35,623 nt of DNA from Candidatus Krumholzibacteriota bacterium (GTDB lineage Bacteria; Krumholzibacteriota; Krumholzibacteriia; LZORAL124-64-63). Position numbers and translations under genes: made by a program. A model generated the notes under the pieces. That model searched no databases. It was not told where the DNA came from and was given only the letters and a program-made list of their open reading frames with translations. Each line of letters begins with the position of its first letter. Position 1 is the first letter of the stretch. Positions 9,379 to 17,705 of the stretch are shown here, one piece after another. The DNA is taken from NCBI GenBank assembly GCA_039714075.1, contig JBDLKA010000030.1, positions 1-35,623 on the forward strand. Reading direction: 5' to 3'.

Positions 9379-9410
9379 TTGCTGAAAACCTAACTATTTT
9401 TATCATATAT
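9379..9410 (+). promoter_or_regulatory. Candidate cysK promoter overlapped by an Rrf2-family (IscR/CymR-like) operator
   Basis: TTGCTG-16-TATCAT. AAACCTAACTATTTTTATCATATAT (9386-9410) matches 19/25 positions of the IscR type-1 consensus as I recall it. Confidence 0.4.
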
Positions 9411-9501
9411 ATTCAGCGGTTCATTACCCGTCCTGCCCGTTTCGTAAGGGCCTGATCTTGATCATTTCATTGGCAGCCGGACGCCCGGCGGAGGTATATC
9501 G

Positions 9502-10437
9502 ATGAGCGGAATCATCCATGACGACATCACCGATCTGGTGGGTTCCACGCCGCTGGTGCGCCTGAAGCGATTGTGCAACGGACCCGGGGAAGTGGTGGCC
9601 AAGCTGGAGTCCTCCAATCCCCTGGGCAGCGTGAAGGACCGGATCGGCCTGGCCATGGTCCAGGCCGCGGAAAAGGACGGGCGGTTGGCCCCCGGCGGCG
9701 AGATCATCGAACCGACCAGCGGCAACACCGGGATCGCCCTGGCCTTCGTGGGGGCGGCCCGGGGCTACAAGGTGACCCTGGTCATGCCCGACAGCATGTC
9801 CATGGAACGCCGGGCGACCCTGCGGGCGCTGGGAGCGGAACTGGTGTTGACCGAGGCCGCCGGCGGAATGAAGGGGGCCATCGCCAGGGCGGAGGAACTG
9901 CTGGCCGACCGGCCGGACGCCTTCATGCCCGACCAGTTCAACAACCCGGCCAATCCCGATATTCATTACCGGACCACGGCGGAGGAAATCTGGGCCGACA
10001 CCGGGGGCCGGGTGGACGTGCTGGTGTCCGGCGTGGGAACCGGTGGCACCATTACGGGTGCGACCAGGCGGTTGCGGGAACTGAATCCCGGACTGATCTC
10101 CGTGGCGGTGGAGCCGGAGGATTCCGCCGTTCTTTCCGGCGGAGCGCCCGGGCCCCACAAGATCCAGGGCATCGGGGCGGGTTTTATTCCCGGCATCCTG
10201 GACACCGATCTGATCAGCGAGGTCCTGACCGTGGGCAACGACGAATCCATGGCCATGGCGCGGAAAGCGGCCCGGACCGAGGGCCTGTTCATTGGCATCT
10301 CCTCGGGCGCGGCGCTGCTGGCGGCGGTCCGGGTCGCCGAGCGGGCGGAAATGGCGGGCAAAATGATTGTGGCCATCATCCCTTCCTTCGGAGAAAGATA
10401 CCTGTCATCGGATCTGTTCCGGGAATTCGTGTATTGA
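9502..10437 (+). CDS. cysK: Cysteine synthase A (O-acetylserine sulfhydrylase)
   Basis: [17 protein letters not shown] (PLP Lys), [26 protein letters not shown] and GERYLSS; GGAGGT RBS. Confidence 0.96.
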   Translation: MSGIIHDDITDLVGSTPLVRLKRLCNGPGEVVAKLESSNPLGSVKDRIGLAMVQAAEKDGRLAPGGEIIEPTSGNTGIALAFVGAARGYKVTLVMPDSMSMERRATLRALGAELVLTEAAGGMKGAIARAEELLADRPDAFMPDQFNNPANPDIHYRTTAEEIWADTGGRVDVLVSGVGTGGTITGATRRLRELNPGLISVAVEPEDSAVLSGGAPGPHKIQGIGAGFIPGILDTDLISEVLTVGNDESMAMARKAARTEGLFIGISSGAALLAAVRVAERAEMAGKMIVAIIPSFGERYLSSDLFREFVY

Positions 10438-10444
10438 GGATGCC

Positions 10445-11395
10445 ATGACCAACGAAGATCGAAACGACAAGCTGCGGGACGTCACCCGGGACATCGTCGA
10501 GACCTACCGGACGATCGGGGGCATCAACCGCATCGGCGAAAAGAACCTGCCATCCCAACAGGTGGTGGTCGAAATCCTGGAGGAACTGCTGGCGGTGGTT
10601 TTTCCGGGCTATCACGGTTCACCGGTGCCGCGGGATGCCGATCTGGAACTGCTCGTGGGGGGGCGACTGGACAGGGTGAGCCGGCATCTGGCCGCGGTCA
10701 TCGAGAGCACCCTGGTGTTCTGCCAGCACCTGCGGTGCGAGTGTGAAAAGCTCTGGACGATGGTCGCGGTTCCCGACGACGAGAATCGTTTTTCCAGTGC
10801 CGCGAGCTATGTGACCATGGCCTATCTGGAGCAGCTGGCCGGGATCAGGAAGCTGCTGGACCGCGATGTCCAGGCGGCCTTCGAGGGCGACCCCGCCGCC
10901 ACCAACACCGAAGAGATCATCCTCTGTTATCCGGGAATCCAGGCTATCGCCATTCATCGTCTGGCCCACCCGCTGTACCGCATGGGGGTGCCCCTGCTGC
11001 CCAGGATCATGAGCGAGTGGGCCCATCATCTTTCGGGTGTGGATATCCATCCGGGAGCCGATATAGGAGAGTATTTCTTCATCGATCACGGCACGGGCGT
11101 GGTCATCGGCGAGACGACCACGATCGGGAACCGGGTCAAGATCTACCAGGGCGTGACCCTGGGCGCCCTCAGTTTTCCCCGCCACGAGGACGGTTCCCTG
11201 GTCAAGGGGGGCAAACGTCACCCGACCATCGGCGACGATGTGACCATCTATGCCAACGCCACCATCCTGGGGGGGGAGACGGAGATCGGGGACCGGGCGA
11301 TCATCGGGGGCGGCGCCTGGATCACGGAATCGGTTCCCGCGGACCGCAGGGTGACCCTGAGCCGGTCGGACTCCATTCCTGAAGCTGATTTTTAG
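10445..11395 (+). CDS. cysE: Serine O-acetyltransferase (long EpsC-type)
   Basis: GDPAA, CYPG, VDIHPGA.IG..FFIDHGTGVVIGET, GVTLGA and KRHPTIGD. ATG at 10445 with GAGG RBS just after the cysK stop. Confidence 0.93.
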   Translation: MTNEDRNDKLRDVTRDIVETYRTIGGINRIGEKNLPSQQVVVEILEELLAVVFPGYHGSPVPRDADLELLVGGRLDRVSRHLAAVIESTLVFCQHLRCECEKLWTMVAVPDDENRFSSAASYVTMAYLEQLAGIRKLLDRDVQAAFEGDPAATNTEEIILCYPGIQAIAIHRLAHPLYRMGVPLLPRIMSEWAHHLSGVDIHPGADIGEYFFIDHGTGVVIGETTTIGNRVKIYQGVTLGALSFPRHEDGSLVKGGKRHPTIGDDVTIYANATILGGETEIGDRAIIGGGAWITESVPADRRVTLSRSDSIPEADF

Positions 11396-11420
11396 GGTCC
11401 CATGTGTTAGCATTATTGTC

Positions 11421-13481
11421 ATGAAACCCCATATGAATCCCACCGGCCGCCATTCCAGCGGAGCACTGTTGAGCCTTGTATTGGCGGCCGTAGCCTGTCT
11501 GGCAACCGCCGCCGAGGTGAACCAGCCCCACGGACCCCTTTCCCGCTCCGAATTCGAATGGGACAAGGCCGTCGCCGCGGGGGACCAGACCGCCAAAAAC
11601 GGCGAACTGGGCGATGCCGCGGCCGGCAGCGACCGCTACGATGTCCTGCGGTACGACCTGGACCTGAAGGTTTTCCCGGACACTCGCACCATCGAAGGTG
11701 CGGTCAAGATGGTCTTCTCCAGTAAGGAGCCGGACCTCGTCGATTTCGTTTTCGACCTGCGCCACACGCTGACCGTGGACGGGGTCGATCATGCCGGCGG
11801 TCCGCTGGCGTTCACCCATGACGCGGATTCCGTTTCCGTGGTTTTGCCGGCGCCCCTGGCCGCCGGAACCCTGGATTCGGTCGTGGTCCGTTACAGCGGC
11901 CTGCCCCGGTCGCCGGTCGTCAACCGGGGCCTCATGTTCAAGACCCATACCCGCCTGCCCGATGGTCCGCCTGAGGATACCTCGCCCATCATCGCCAACA
12001 TGAGCCAGCCCGGTTATGCGCAGTCCTGGTGGCCCTGCAAGGACAAGCCCGGCGATAAGTTCCTGGTGTCCATGAAGCTCACGGTGCCCGACACCCTGGT
12101 CGGGGTTTCCAACGGCACTCTGCTGGAGGTGACCGTCCCGGAACCGGGTTGGTCGACGTCGCACTGGCGGGAGGATTATCCCATCGCCACCTACCTGGTG
12201 TCGGTGGCCATCAGCGACTACGTCCTTTTGGAGGAGAGTTGCGTCACGCCGGGACTGGGTTCGTCCGTTCCCCTGAAAAACTGGGTGTTCCTGGCTGATG
12301 TCGAAGATGCCATCATCGAGTTCGCCCCCTTGTGCGACATGATGGATTTCTGCGAATCCCTTTTCGGGGCCTATCCTTTTCTGGGGGAAAAATACGGGCA
12401 CGCCGAGTTCATCTGGCCCGGCGCCATGGAACACCAGACGGTGACCAGCGTCGGCCACGGCACCCTCGACGGGCTGGGGTTGCACGCCTGGCTCATCGTC
12501 CACGAGCTGGCCCACCAGTGGTTCGGGGACAGCCTGACCCCGGACACCTGGGCCGATATCTGGCTCAATGAAGGTTTCGCCACCTACTCGGAAGCCCTCT
12601 GGTTCGAGCAGACGGTGGACCGGGACGCCTACTTCACCTACCTGTCCAATCATCGCAATGAGCAGGAGTGGTCGAGCCAGGGTCCCGTTTATGATCCGGT
12701 CCCCGTTTTTCCGGGCCGGGTCATCTACGACAAGGGATCCTGGATCCTGCACGCCCTGCGGGGGCGCATGGGGGACGCCGCTTTCTTCGGGTTCGTGGAG
12801 GAATGGGCCGCCGGCGGCGGACGGCGGGACAACACCGTCACGACACCGGAATTCATCGCCCTGGCTTCCTCCTGGGCCGGCGAGCTTCTGGATAATTTCT
12901 TCGATCCGTATCTGAATGAGACCGTCCTGCCGCAGATCTCTTTCGATTATGAAATCGGCGACGGGGTCTCCGGCGCCGGGACGCAGCTGTCGGTCCACCT
13001 GCGTCAGAACCAGGGGCCCCTTTTCGACAACGTGTTTCCCCTGGTCGTGACGACCGATGCCGGAGTCGTCACGCGCAGGATTCCCCTGAACACGCGCAGC
13101 ACCTCGGTCGACCTGCAGTTTTCGTCCCCCGTCACCGGCGCCGAACTGGATCCGGAGCGATGGGTGATCTGGAACGAGTTCACACCCGCGCCCACGCCCC
13201 AGGGGTTGACCCGGATCTATCCCAATCCCTCGAACGGCGGCTATGTTGTTTTCGGTTACAAAATTACGTCACCGACTCATGTCCAGGTCCGCGTCATGGA
13301 CGTCATGGGGCGCCAGGTTTATCACCACGATCTCGGTACGGTGTATGTCGACCCCGAGGGCAATGAATATGCCTGGGACGTCCGGACCGTTGCCGGTGCC
13401 CGCGCCCCCAGCGGCATTTACTGGGCGACCCTGGAAATCGGCGGCCAACGTCACGTGGAAAAGTTCTCGGTGGTGCGTTGA
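11421..13481 (+). CDS. Secreted M1-family zinc aminopeptidase with C-terminal FlgD-Ig/T9SS-like domain
   Basis: Signal peptide; WWPCKD, GAMEH, HELAHQWFG, WLNEGFATY and YDKG. C-terminus IYPNP...VMDVMGRQV...SGIYW. Confidence 0.9.
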   Translation: MKPHMNPTGRHSSGALLSLVLAAVACLATAAEVNQPHGPLSRSEFEWDKAVAAGDQTAKNGELGDAAAGSDRYDVLRYDLDLKVFPDTRTIEGAVKMVFSSKEPDLVDFVFDLRHTLTVDGVDHAGGPLAFTHDADSVSVVLPAPLAAGTLDSVVVRYSGLPRSPVVNRGLMFKTHTRLPDGPPEDTSPIIANMSQPGYAQSWWPCKDKPGDKFLVSMKLTVPDTLVGVSNGTLLEVTVPEPGWSTSHWREDYPIATYLVSVAISDYVLLEESCVTPGLGSSVPLKNWVFLADVEDAIIEFAPLCDMMDFCESLFGAYPFLGEKYGHAEFIWPGAMEHQTVTSVGHGTLDGLGLHAWLIVHELAHQWFGDSLTPDTWADIWLNEGFATYSEALWFEQTVDRDAYFTYLSNHRNEQEWSSQGPVYDPVPVFPGRVIYDKGSWILHALRGRMGDAAFFGFVEEWAAGGGRRDNTVTTPEFIALASSWAGELLDNFFDPYLNETVLPQISFDYEIGDGVSGAGTQLSVHLRQNQGPLFDNVFPLVVTTDAGVVTRRIPLNTRSTSVDLQFSSPVTGAELDPERWVIWNEFTPAPTPQGLTRIYPNPSNGGYVVFGYKITSPTHVQVRVMDVMGRQVYHHDLGTVYVDPEGNEYAWDVRTVAGARAPSGIYWATLEIGGQRHVEKFSVVR

Positions 13482-13511
13482 GCGGCCCCTGCCCGATGGA
13501 GCGAGAAGGTC

Positions 13512-14042
13512 ATGGTGCTGGAATTCGGCGAATACATGATCCGCGAACTGGTCGCCGCTGATGCAACCGCCATTGCCCGCCATGCCGACAATCCCGGGAT
13601 CGCCCGCGTCCTGCGTGATCTTTTCCCCAGCCCGTATTCCCTGCCCGACGCCGAAGAATTCATCGCCAAATTCAGCACGGCGGAACCGCGCACCGTATTT
13701 GCCATTGCCACAAAAGAAGAAGCTGTCGGAGTGATCGGGTTTTTCCCCGGCGAGGATGTCTACCGTTTTTCCGCAGAAATCGGGTACTGGATCGGCCAGG
13801 ACCATTGGGGACGCGATGTCATGACTCGCGCTGTCGAAATTTTTACCGAATACGTTTTCAACAATTTTAAAATCAATCGCCTGTACGCCGGAGTCTTTTC
13901 GTCAAACCCCGCCTCGGGCCGAGTCCTGGAAAAGGCCGGCTACACCTGTGAGGGCACCCACCGCTGCCACGTCTACAAAAACGGTGAGATCCTCGACGAG
14001 CACCTTTATGGCAGGGTGCGTCCCGGTTTGGTCGACAAGTAG
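13512..14042 (+). CDS. GNAT N-acetyltransferase (RimJ/RimL-like)
   Basis: SAEIGYWIG...WGR.VMT, RLYAGVF..NPASGRVLEKAGY..EG. Confidence 0.9.
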   Translation: MVLEFGEYMIRELVAADATAIARHADNPGIARVLRDLFPSPYSLPDAEEFIAKFSTAEPRTVFAIATKEEAVGVIGFFPGEDVYRFSAEIGYWIGQDHWGRDVMTRAVEIFTEYVFNNFKINRLYAGVFSSNPASGRVLEKAGYTCEGTHRCHVYKNGEILDEHLYGRVRPGLVDK

Positions 14043-14051
14043 ATCCCGTCC

Positions 14052-14167
14052 CATTGCAAGTAATCAAGGCTGGAGCCGTCAGGGGGGATCCGAATAATCC
14101 GCAGGGCCGAAGGCCTGAGGACATTTCGGATCCCCCCTGACGGCTCCAGCCTTGATTACTTCCAATG
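14052..14167. repeat. Long palindrome with 37-bp perfect inverted repeat arms (MITE/REP-like or large hairpin)
   Basis: 14058-14094 AAGTAATCAAGGCTGGAGCCGTCAGGGGGGATCCGAA is the exact reverse complement of 14125-14161. It extends to 43 bp with one mismatch, and the 30-nt centre is itself partly self-complementary. Confidence 0.9.
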
Positions 14168-15547
14168 CGACGAGATGAATTCGTCCACCTCTGGAATGCC
14201 CCCCTGGAAGACAAGGTACCCGTTGTGGGGTTCGCGTTCGGTGGTTTCGCCGTTGACGGGTGTGAGCATGATGCGCTCGACCTCGGCCGGATCGTGGCTT
14301 TGCCCGAGGGCCCAGCCCAGTTTCACGTAGGCCACCTCGGGCAGCATGTTCGCGGCGGGAATCACGCCTTTTTCCATGATCTCGCGGCCGGTTTCGTAGA
14401 CGTACATCTGCACGTAGCCCCACAGGGTCTGCACGGTCATGTACACGTGTACGCCCGCTTCCCGGGCCCGGTCCAGGGCGGGATACAGGGGTTTGTTGAC
14501 GTGGCCGAGGCCCGTGCCGGCAATGACGATCCCCTTGTAGCCGTTGTCCACCAGGGAATCGATGATGTCGGGTTTCATGGACGGGTAGTAATAGACGAGG
14601 GACACCCGATCGTCGAAGACCGCGTTCAGCTTGACCTGGTGGTCGTCGCGCCGCCGGCTGTAGTCCTGCCGGAAGGGGGTCACGCCGGTTTCGTCGATCT
14701 TGCCCAGGGGAATGTCGCTCAGGGTGCGGAAGGTGGAACGGTAGCTCGAGTGCATCTTGCGGACCCGCGTGCCTCGGTGCAGCAGGCCGTACTTGTCGCT
14801 GGTGGGGCCGAACATGCAGACCATCACTTCGGCGATGTCGCTGGTGGCGGCCGTGCGCGTGGAGTTGATCAGGTTGATGGCCGCGTCACTGCTGGGCCGG
14901 TCGCTGCTGCGCTGGCTGCCGACCATGACGATGGGCACCGGCGAATCCTGCAGCATGAAACTCAGGGCTGCGGCGGTGTGGTGCATGGTATCGGTGCCGT
15001 GGCCGACCACGATGCCGGAGACACCCGTTTCGATTTCGGCGGCGATGGCTTCGGCCGTGCCGATCCACTGCTCGGGACCCATGTTCTCGCTGAACACCCC
15101 GTACAGCTTTTCGGTCTCCATGTTGCAGATGTCCGCCAGCTCGGGCACCGATCCGTAAAGCTCTCCGGGACTGAAGGCGGGTATGACCGCACCGGTCCGA
15201 TAGTCCAGCCGGCTGGCGATGGTGCCGCCGGTCCCGAACAGTTTTACCCGCGGTTTTTTGGGGTCGAAGGGGAATTCCTTTTCCGGAATCTGGTAGCTGG
15301 CCACCTTGCGGCCGGTGACGGTTATCTTTTCCACCGTGTTGTGACGGACGCCGATGTTGTAGCCGGTGTCCAATTTGAGCACGATGTGCTCGGCGTCCGC
15401 GGTTTCGCTGCGGGGCAGGATCAAACCGGAAAATTCACCACCGGTGGTGTGCAGGGTGACCTGGCTCCAGACGGGAGAGCTCTGCTTTTGCAGCAGGTCC
15501 AGGGTGGGGGAGCGATAGCCCTTGTAGTCTTCGGATGTGCTGCTCAC
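14156..15547 (-). CDS. gatD: Glutamyl-tRNA(Gln) amidotransferase subunit D (archaeal type)
   Basis: GatD-specific N-terminal domain (GLILPR...HIVLKLDTGYNIGV) plus asparaginase-like motifs GTGGTIASRLDYRTGAV, HGTDTMH, GSQRSSDRPSSD, HRGTRVRKMH, GTGLGH and MLPEVAYVKL.W.LG. GTG start overlaps the gatE TGA; GAGGT RBS. Confidence 0.93.
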   Translation of the reverse strand: MSSTSEDYKGYRSPTLDLLQKQSSPVWSQVTLHTTGGEFSGLILPRSETADAEHIVLKLDTGYNIGVRHNTVEKITVTGRKVASYQIPEKEFPFDPKKPRVKLFGTGGTIASRLDYRTGAVIPAFSPGELYGSVPELADICNMETEKLYGVFSENMGPEQWIGTAEAIAAEIETGVSGIVVGHGTDTMHHTAAALSFMLQDSPVPIVMVGSQRSSDRPSSDAAINLINSTRTAATSDIAEVMVCMFGPTSDKYGLLHRGTRVRKMHSSYRSTFRTLSDIPLGKIDETGVTPFRQDYSRRRDDHQVKLNAVFDDRVSLVYYYPSMKPDIIDSLVDNGYKGIVIAGTGLGHVNKPLYPALDRAREAGVHVYMTVQTLWGYVQMYVYETGREIMEKGVIPAANMLPEVAYVKLGWALGQSHDPAEVERIMLTPVNGETTEREPHNGYLVFQGGIPEVDEFISSHWK

Positions 15548-17457
15548 GATTGTACCTCTTTCACCCAGGCGCGGACGGTCCGTCCCGGAATCCGTCCCCG
15601 CAGATCACCCATCACGTGGCCCATGACGAAGTGTTCCCGCTCCTGGGCGCCGGTCGGGCCGTCATCAGGCAACCGGGACAAATGTTCGTCGAATATCTTC
15701 CGGCCGGCGTCCTCGTCCATGCGGTCGGGAATGCCGTCCTCGCTGTTCCAGACGGCCTCCGGGATGATATCGCCGGACAAAAGGCGCTCGAGGGTTTCGT
15801 CCCACCATGCGCCGGCCGCGGCCAGGCTGGCGGGCCGGGGGCAGGACCGGTCCAGCAGCAGCGAGGCCAGCGCCGCGGGGTTGAGGCCGCCGGCTCCGTC
15901 GAGCTTGTCCGCCATGTGTTTGAACAGGGGCCAGGACCGGTGGCGGCTCAGCCGGCCGGCCAGATCGTCGCCCACGCCCAGCTGCAACAGTTCTTCCTTG
16001 CGTTCCCAGGGCCTTTCCGGCAGGGAGGACCTGATTTTTTCCACGCGGTCGTCTTCCAGACGGATGGGAGGCAGATCGGTGTCGGGATACATGCGGTCGG
16101 CTCCGGGAAGAATCCGCTCGAAGCCGTTGGTGCCGTCGTCCAGGGCCTGCCGGGTTTCCTGGGGGATCCCCAGGGTGGCTTCGCGGGCGCGGATGGCCAC
16201 TTCCTTGACCGCGGTCTCGGCGTCCTGCCTGCGGCCCCACACCACGATCACCGGAACGTCGGGTTCAACCATGCAGACCTTGCTGACCCGGTCCCATTCG
16301 CCGCTGGAAAGCGTGGGCACGTCCTGGGTGGAAAGGGCGAGGTTGGGCAGGTCGTCGATGCAGGCGATGACCCGGATCCGGTCGCTGAACTCCTTCAGGA
16401 ACGAGGTCCGCGGCTGGGTGTGTGCCTGGAGCAGGCCCTGGAAACCGGGCAGGGGGATGGCCAGCACCGAGGCCCCCTTGTCGATGGCCTTCTGGATGAA
16501 TTTGCAGTCGGTGCCCCGCACGATGGGCGTCACGTCATGGCCCTTGTCGCTGATATCCGCGGCGGTCACGCCCCGCTTGGCCAGTTCGGCCTTGATGCCC
16601 ACCAGGGAGCGCTGCCTCAGGGCTTCATTGTGGGTCAATAACGGTATGGCGCGCAGACTGGAGACGCCTTTGATCTCGATGCGCGTCCCCCCTGTCACCG
16701 AGACGTTGACGTCCTGCCGGGCGGCTCCGCTGCCGGTCCGCACCAGGCCGCTGACCCGGCACAGATAGCGCAGGATCTGCCCCACCGCCATGGCTTCGGC
16801 GGGCGTCTTCATGTCCGGGTCGGTCACCGTCTCGATCAGGGGCATGCCCAGGCGGTCGGTCCGGAAGGTGCGCACGTGTCCCTTGTCGCTGACCTCGCGG
16901 CAGGAGTCCTCTTCAATGCTCAACTGGCGGATGTGCACGGTGCGGTCACCGAAGGGGATGTCCCCGTCGGTCCCGATGATGGCGGTCCTCTGGAAGCCCG
17001 TGGGAATGCTGCCGTCCAGGTACTGCTTGCGGGTGATGTGGACCTCGCCCACAACGTTGCACCCCAGCAGCATGGTGATGGCGATGCTCCGGTCCAGGGC
17101 CTGGTCGTTGATTTCGAAAGGGGGCGCGTCATCCATCTCATAGGTGCAGACGGTTTCGCGATCCAGCAGATATATGATTTCCTTGCGGGTCTTGAATTCC
17201 ATCAGGGCGGTGCCGTCGTACTCGCCCATTTCCGACAGGGTGGGGCGCATGTGGCGCAGGATTTCCGCGTGGTGCTCGACGTTGTTGTAGCGGCCGGCGG
17301 GGCAGCGGCAGAAGAGTTTGCGATCGGTGTCGAGCTGCTGGTGCACCTCCAGCCCGCACATGAACCCGATGTCGGCATAGTCGGCGGGGGTCATCTGCCC
17401 GAACAGGGGCAAGGGATTGAGCAGCCAGGGGTCGGAAAGGGCGAATTTGGTGTCCAT
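15544..17457 (-). CDS. gatE: Glutamyl-tRNA(Gln) amidotransferase subunit E (archaeal type)
   Basis: DY..IG..CGLEVHQQLDT.RKLFCRCP, RPTLSEMGE.D, RKQYLDGS..TGFQRT, EEDSCR, DRLGMPLIE and RQDVNVS..GG.RIEIKGV. Has the GAD-like insertion (LPGFQGLL...QP) and GIPQETR.AL.DG....R.LPGADRMYPDTDLPP. ATG 17457 chosen; the exact start is uncertain. Confidence 0.92.
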   Translation of the reverse strand: MDTKFALSDPWLLNPLPLFGQMTPADYADIGFMCGLEVHQQLDTDRKLFCRCPAGRYNNVEHHAEILRHMRPTLSEMGEYDGTALMEFKTRKEIIYLLDRETVCTYEMDDAPPFEINDQALDRSIAITMLLGCNVVGEVHITRKQYLDGSIPTGFQRTAIIGTDGDIPFGDRTVHIRQLSIEEDSCREVSDKGHVRTFRTDRLGMPLIETVTDPDMKTPAEAMAVGQILRYLCRVSGLVRTGSGAARQDVNVSVTGGTRIEIKGVSSLRAIPLLTHNEALRQRSLVGIKAELAKRGVTAADISDKGHDVTPIVRGTDCKFIQKAIDKGASVLAIPLPGFQGLLQAHTQPRTSFLKEFSDRIRVIACIDDLPNLALSTQDVPTLSSGEWDRVSKVCMVEPDVPVIVVWGRRQDAETAVKEVAIRAREATLGIPQETRQALDDGTNGFERILPGADRMYPDTDLPPIRLEDDRVEKIRSSLPERPWERKEELLQLGVGDDLAGRLSRHRSWPLFKHMADKLDGAGGLNPAALASLLLDRSCPRPASLAAAGAWWDETLERLLSGDIIPEAVWNSEDGIPDRMDEDAGRKIFDEHLSRLPDDGPTGAQEREHFVMGHVMGDLRGRIPGRTVRAWVKEVQS

Positions 17458-17600
17458 ATTCACATCCAGTGCTGAAAACGCGTAATCCTCGGTGTGGCCG
17501 CGGGGCCGGCACGCGCCGGAAGGGCAAAGATAGAGATTGGGTTCCGAAAGCTCCAGCAATTGTTGCCCAGGATTATGGCCGCCGGGGTCCACTTAATCGC

Positions 17601-17629
17601 TTGACGCTTTACGGGCACCGGTTTATTGT
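17601..17629 (+). promoter_or_regulatory. sigma70 promoter of rex
   Basis: TTGACG-17 nt-TATTGT. Confidence 0.65.
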
Positions 17630-17633
17630 AGAG

Positions 17634-17651
17634 TTGTGAAAACCGTAACAG
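17634..17651. promoter_or_regulatory. Rex operator 1
   Basis: TTGTGAA-AACC-GTAACAG versus the Rex consensus TTGTGAA-N4-TTCACAA; covers the predicted transcription start. Confidence 0.55.
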
Positions 17652-17674
17652 AATGGGATGTGAGACAGCAATTT

Positions 17675-17692
17675 TGGTTAAAAAATTAACAA
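17675..17692. promoter_or_regulatory. Rex operator 2
   Basis: TGGTTAA-AAAA-TTAACAA, one mismatch to the TTGTTAA-N4-TTAACAA variant, immediately upstream of the rex RBS. Confidence 0.7.
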
Positions 17693-17705
17693 CCAACAGG
17701 AGGAT

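Noticed and set aside
14156..15547. Calling this gene a plain L-asparaginase and its neighbour gatB
   Set aside because: The GatD-specific N-terminal domain, the DYRTGAV and QRSSDRPSSD motifs, the GAD-like insertion in the partner, and the absence of adjacent gatA/gatC all indicate GatDE.
17458..17600. T-box or riboswitch in the gatE leader; TATCTTTG as a Bacteroidota-type -7 element
   Set aside because: No T-box consensus or terminator is visible, and the upstream TTG is not at the expected spacing.
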